A stretch of 64,000 nucleotides of DNA from Eledone cirrhosa (lineage: Eukaryota), in the NCBI GenBank assembly GCA_964016885.1, contig OZ024753.1, positions 37,634,001 through 37,698,000 of the forward strand. Reading direction: 5' to 3'. A program made the position numbers and the translations under genes. The notes below the pieces were generated by a model that saw only the letters and a program-made list of their open reading frames with translations, did not search any database and was not told the origin of the DNA. Numbering within the stretch: the first letter of the stretch is position 1; each line of letters begins with the position of its first letter. Of the stretch, positions 57,877-64,000 are shown piece by piece.

Positions 57877-60800
57877 TATGTTTATGTGTGCAATAATGGT
57901 TTCGGATTTAGGCACAATTCCAACAATCGACCCAGTGCATTACTGGTACTTTATTTTATCAACCCCCGTAAGGATGAAAGGAAAAGTTAACCTCGGCTGG
58001 ATTCGAACTCAGAACGTATGGAGACGTAACTATATACCGCAAAATATATTGTCTGACGCTCTACCGCCATGTCAAGCTACTGTCCTTGTGTGTGCAATAA
58101 TAGTATCTTATGATAGCAGTTGGGTGGAAGGGTAACAACTCTGAAGTAATACTGTACTCTACTGTAAGGGACACAACCAACAAGGAATTCTATAAGTATA
58201 ATTATTGTTTCTATTTTTGGCACAAGGCCAGCAATTATCCCAGTGCATTCTATCACATTAAGCTAACCACAAATATTGAACAAGGAGGTATATGGCGTTT
58301 CAGTTATAATATAGTTTTATACTCTATGTAAAAGGGTTATGTTTCTTTTATTATTAATAAAATAACTGAGTGATGTTATTAGAATTAAGAAAATTTGCTG
58401 ATGTGGGTGAATTACTAAAGTGTGTTAATCTGTTTAGTAAGTTGTCTTCCTGTTGGTATATGTTAACCCTTTGGCATTTACATTATATATACAATTGTAT
58501 TTTTATGGTAAAGGCTTTATCTTACATAATATCGAATCTATGAGATTTTGATATTATTTATTTTGCAAACAATACGTTAACATCAGTATGAGTGGCCAGT
58601 TATGACCGGTTTGAACAGAAAGGAGGTGAGAGAATTTGGGCCGGTTTAAATGCTAGAGTTAAACTGTCTCTAACATATACAGATACAGAGCCAGATTTAT
58701 ACTTGGTAAGGACTTAAGCTATATAAAGCTGGAGGTCCCTTGTTTTAAAAACAAATTACACCAGATCTTGTAATCAATACCTATGTATTTTTAATATTTT
58801 CACGTTTTAAATCAGGTAAAGTAGCCATAGTTATTTTAAAAAGGGGGACAGGTCCCAAAAGAAATGTCTATCATAATAGGCATTTGTGTTAGGTCACACA
58901 CATTTCATTCAGGCTTTAAAAAATGTCCAACAAAACAGTGAATGCCAATATGGTGCCCCTACAACTCCATCAGGAGTTACGAGGGAAAACTATATATATA
59001 TATATACATAATCCTCATCATCATCTCCGTTTATATATGAGGGAAGAGACACCCTAGCAAGGTTGATAAAATAAGTACTTAGATTGTCTCCACTATATCA
59101 CTTCCTTGCAAAGGAAGTGGTACAATGGAATAGCTTAATCTTTAGTACACTTGAGCACCCCCTTCTTAAGAATGGAAGACAATTAAAGAGATTAATAGCA
59201 GACATTGACTGACTGTGTGCCCTCTTTGTATCGGTCTCTATCGGGACCTCCTGTGTCTTTCAAAAGGATGACAGGGAGAGCTAACTTAGGAGGGATTTGA
59301 AATCTGAATGTAAAGAGATGGAATAAATACAACAAGGTCTTTTGTTTGACACTAACAAGTCTGCCCATCCATTACCTTAAAGAATAAGAAGGGTTTCTAA
59401 TTTAGGTACAAGTCCAACAATACTTTGGAGAGGAATGGGAAAGTCGATTAAGTCAACACCAGTGTGTTACTGGTACTTTATTTTTTATCAACCCCGATAT
59501 AGAGTGTTGGACAAAATGCTTTGTTATTTGTTGTGACTCTTCACATTCTCAGTTCAGATCTTGCCGAGGTCAACTTTGCCATTTATCCTTCCATGGTTGA
59601 TAAAATATAAAGTACCAGTCAACTTTCACCTCACTCCAAATTGCTGACATTGTACCTAAATTAGAAACAAATATTATACAGTGAAATTCCGTTATAATGA
59701 AAAATTCTTTATAGCGAGATCTGAAACAAATTGAGTGTTTGTTTGTTTGTTACCTCAGGGATTGAAAAGTTTGTTATAACTGAATTTTACCTGTATTGCC
59801 ATTTTTATGGGGGAATTGTATACTTGAGTTAAAAAGCATTATTGATTACTGAATTAGGAAATAACATTAATAAAATCAATAATAAAAAGATCCACTTTGA
59901 TAACTGTTGGTCAATCAATGAAAAACATTGATTGCCAGCTGAATTAATTATAAATATAAAAAATATATATATATATATATATATATATACTGAAGCGAAA
60001 ACCAATCCAAACCAAACAGTGTGTGTGTTTTACTATATTTTTCTGGCAATATTATAACATGACCTTTCCAACACATGATTTCATATCAAAAACCTTGCAA
60101 ATACATTGCCATCAAAGGAAAGTAGCCTATCATCATATTAGATGAAATAAATAAATATTTCCATTGATCTTTTCATTGCTGATACTATCTACTGGTTATA
60201 ACTCATGGCAGAAGAAGTAATATAAAAGAAGGTATTTAGCACAAAAACACAACACGCCATCTGGTCCAGGAATCAAACACAACCTTATGACTGTGAGTCT
60301 AACAGCCTAACCACTACGTCACATGCCTTCATAATAGAATATGACACAAAAATGATGTCCGGCAGAGAATGGATATGTTCTATAAATACAGACCTAGCCA
60401 ACCTACACCATCTAGGAAACAACGAAGAAACAATTGTATATAGATCCTTCTAATACAAAAAAAAAATAACAGAAACAGATTTCTCAGGAAATGTTTAATT
60501 ATTTGTATGTACAGACCCATATCTCCTGATGGGAGTCATTAGGGCATCACAGTAATATACAGCATGTCTTGGGCAAGTTAAATCTGATGGAGCTCATCCC
60601 CTCTCCAGGTCTGAACACAGTCGATTTCCTCCAGAGAAGAAATGAAAAAGAAACATAGAGACATAGAAGAATCGACCCCAATACTGGACTGGTACTTTTT
60701 TTATCAACCTCGAAAGGATGAAAGGCAAAGTTGACCTTGGTGTGAGAGATGGAAGGAATGCTGCAATGTATTCTATACAACATTCTAACAACTCTGCTAA

Positions 60801-62974
60801 TTTACCACATTTTTAAAGATGTTTACAGCACCAGGTTCTCTAAGTAATCACCCTTCTGAGTTCTATCTAGGTTCAAAACTGCTTAACTTCTCTGATCAGA
60901 TGGGAATCAGTGTATTCAACAAGTGTTCCAGTTTGTTTGATTAATGGTACAACCAGCTCATGAGATTAATGTGCAAGTGGCTGAGTATTCCACAGACATA
61001 TGTACCCTTAATGTAATTAACAAAAAGATTCAGCATATTTTGTGACAATATAGGCCACTTTGAACTTTGGATACAACTTATATTTGCCAACAGAGCAAAG
61101 TGGAGCAACATGAAATAAAATATTTTACTCAAGGACACACAGCTTCCAGGAATCAAACAAGCAGCCATACAATTGTAAGCCAAACAACATAACCACTAAG
61201 TCACATATCTTCACATGATGACAAAAGAAAAGTCAAAATAGAAATTGGTACCTTATCTTTTTTTTTTTTAATCAACTTTGGTCATACAAAATTCCTCAAA
61301 GAACTACAAATCGAGAAGTGTAATCCTTTGATAAAATAATCCAAGCCCTCTACATATTCTGAAATATCACTTGAAATAATCAAAATAAAAAATTAATTTA
61401 ATAGAAAATATTTGATCACAATTTCACTTCCCAGTTTGTTCCTTCTAAACTGACTGACGGTCCAGTACCTTTGTTATATAAATTACAGCTTTCTTTTCAA
61501 AAACACAAGCTGCCTTTTGTCACCGTTTGTTTTAGTTGCTTTTACACAGAGATTAAAAAGATTGAAAATTAGTTCAAGGATGATAGTAATACTGTCAAAT
61601 ATGAACATAATGAGTTGGTGAAATGAAATTGTTTTGTTAAAAAATAATTTAAGTCATAATTAACATCCTGTGTCAGTAACAAGGTTATAGACAGTGTAAC
61701 AACAATTTTGATACCAAGAAATATATGATAAATATAAAGTAAAGTTAACAGGTTCCGTCTGTTTTAAATGGCTAAAATGGCTCTTCCATGCAGTTATTGT
61801 TTTAGTTTCAACACATGGTCTCAGATCAAGTCACTTGCCAAACAAGACTCCAAAATCTTGTAATGATTTAGCAGAAAATATCTAAAAGCAGGTTTGTCAA
61901 TTCAGATATTTATAGTGTCTTAACTAGTGAATAGATCGTGAACATTTGCAGAATTAGAGTAAAAGGGCTTTAGATTTTAATGTGATGTAGTCAGTGCTGG
62001 TTTGTACTTTTTAAGAATGTTTTGTTAATGCAGTATCATGTGATACAGGACATTGAAAAAAAATGAAATTTACATCTCACGCCTATGCAAATTTAACTGG
62101 CCTCCTATGCCGTGTCTTCCTCAAAACACAATGTGATCCAAAACAGGTTCTATGTCCTGCAGATATAAAATACTTGACTCCAGTACTGGACTGGTACATT
62201 TTTTATTGACCCGGAAAGAATGACAGGCAAAGTTGATCTTGTGATTTGAACTCAGAATGCAGAGAACCAGAACAAATACCACAAAATATTGACATTTTAA
62301 TGGCTCTGCCAATTTACTATTTCTTGTATAAATATTAATGTTTAAATAAATTCTTATTATAACAATAAAGTTTCTTTTATCATAAATTATAGAAGTAACG
62401 TCTCCATTATTCTTATTATTCTTATTATTGTTGTTGTTAATAGTTTCTAATTTAGACACAAGGCCAGAAATTTTGGAAGGAGAAAAAGACAATTATCTCA
62501 ACCCCAGTATTCGACTAGTACCTTATTTTATCAACACCAAAAGAACGAAAGGTAAAGTTAACCTCAGCATTATTTGAACAACTTTGCCTTTCATCCTTCC
62601 AGAGGTTGATAAAATACCAGCCGAGTACTGGTGACCAATTTAATAAACTAGTCCCTCTCCCAGCCAAAATTCATGGACTTGTGCCTCAATTAGAAACCAT
62701 TCACAGCTCTATTCACCTTGGGTATGTGCAATGTCGGTTTTAGTGTTGTTTCTATTGTATTGAGAATACTTTTTGTCATGTGTGTGCAGTGTCCAGAAGT
62801 GCTATTTATCAGGGTGACCGTGGTTTTTGTGGGTTTTCTCCATGAGTAACCCTCAGTGGTCTGCCTTCTCCTCCCTCAATTGGGGAATTTGTTTTTGTTT
62901 CTATTTTGTTGTTATGGGTTTCCTTTTATACAGTGTAGTAATAATAATAATAATAATAATTATAATAATAATAA

Positions 62975-63239
62975 AAGAGGAATCAAATGCTGCGTGCAGG
63001 AGAGGCGGTTACGCTGGTATGGACATGTGATGCGTATGAAGGATGACAGCTGCATAAAAAGGTGCAGAGCACTAGAAGTTGATGGAAACCGCGGAGTGGG
63101 GAGACCCAAGATGACTTGGGATGAGGTGATAAAAGCCGACCTTACCCAACTACACCTCTCAAAGTCAATGACACACGACCGTGACTTCTGGCGTCACGCA
63201 GTAATACAGGGTACCCGACCTCCCATGGGTACATGCTGA
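62975..63239 (+). mobile_element. RTE-like LINE 3' end
   Basis: ERRLRWYGHVMRM..CIKRC..EVDGNRGVGRPKMTWDEVIKADL..DRDFWR. Confidence 0.88.
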
Positions 63240-63277
63240 AGCATATAAACAATATGCCCCCCCCCCCCCCCACCGCA

Positions 63278-63543
63278 AGGTGGTCGTGGAGGTGCCACGG
63301 CAAAAAAGCACCCAGCCCACACTGTAAAGTGGACGTGTAGGCGCCACGAAAAAGCACCCAGCACTCACTGTAAATGAGGTTGGTGTTAGGAAGGGCATCC
63401 AGCTGTAGAAATCAAGCCAGATCAGTTCCTGTATGAGCAAGGCATGGTCAGCCGACCAGACACTGCCCACAACAGGACAACCCGTCTAACCCATGCTAGC
63501 GTGGAAGAACGGACGTAAAACGGTGATGATGATGATGATGATG
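63278..63543 (+). mobile_element. SINE-like element with (GAT)n tail
   Basis: Ends ccatgctagcgtggaagaacggacgtaaaacggt(gat)n; inverted twin at 47213-47476. Confidence 0.85.
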
Positions 63544-64000
63544 AAAAGATTGTTGAAATCTAATCCTCACCAAAATAAATGAAAAAGAATCCCCAAAATT
63601 GTCAGATTAGGGTGAGGCTTAAATCAATGTTTCTTTGCAACAGAAGTTTACTGGGTTTAAATCAAGAAAATAAAAGGTTCTAATAAGATAAGGGAATGGG
63701 AAATAATTATAGATTCTAATTCAGGCAGAAGACCAGCAATTTAGGAGGGGGGAGAAGTCGATTAAATCAACCCCAGTACATTACTGGTAGTTTATTTTAT
63801 CAAATCCCGGAAAAGATGAAAAGCAAAGTTAACCTCGGCCAGATTTGAACTCCGAATGTAAAGAGCTATAACTAAATGCCACAAACATTTTGTCTGATGC
63901 TCTAACGATTCTGCCAACCCACCACCCTAATAATAATAATAACAATATTTCTAACATCAGAACAAAACAAAAAATTTTAGTCGATTAGATTGATCCCAAT

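Noticed and set aside
61250-61890. Exon-like minus-strand segments with AG/GT boundaries (also 58680-58785)
   Set aside because: Stops in the frames read and no recognisable protein; BLASTx would be needed.

Overview
This is AT-rich, microsatellite-dense eukaryotic DNA. The SINE families resemble those of octopod cephalopods (inferred, not verified). Most ORFs in the track are (TA)n/(CA)n artefacts. Real coding content: two divergently oriented, intronless, C-terminally truncated cyclin T-like genes (50066-50971 minus; 55397-56296 plus), three rearranged TM9SF4 exons, one with a premature stop (44.8-46.6 kb), and relics of RTE, R4/Dong-like, Tx1-like and Penelope-like retroelements. The main unannotated signal is about ten sequence-distinct families of short non-coding elements that sit in or beside (TA)n tracts. 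They carry type I hammerhead ribozyme motifs (stem I-CUGANGA-stem II-GAAA-short, often palindromic stem III-NUH-stem I') and often form fold-back palindromes whose hinge lies at the ribozyme. This fits Penelope-derived non-autonomous ribozyme retroelements. The putative 3' UTR of the minus-strand cyclin T carries a tandem array of Nanos/Pumilio-type AUUGUAAAUA motifs plus a CPE and an AAUAAA. All calls were made by eye; no searches were run.
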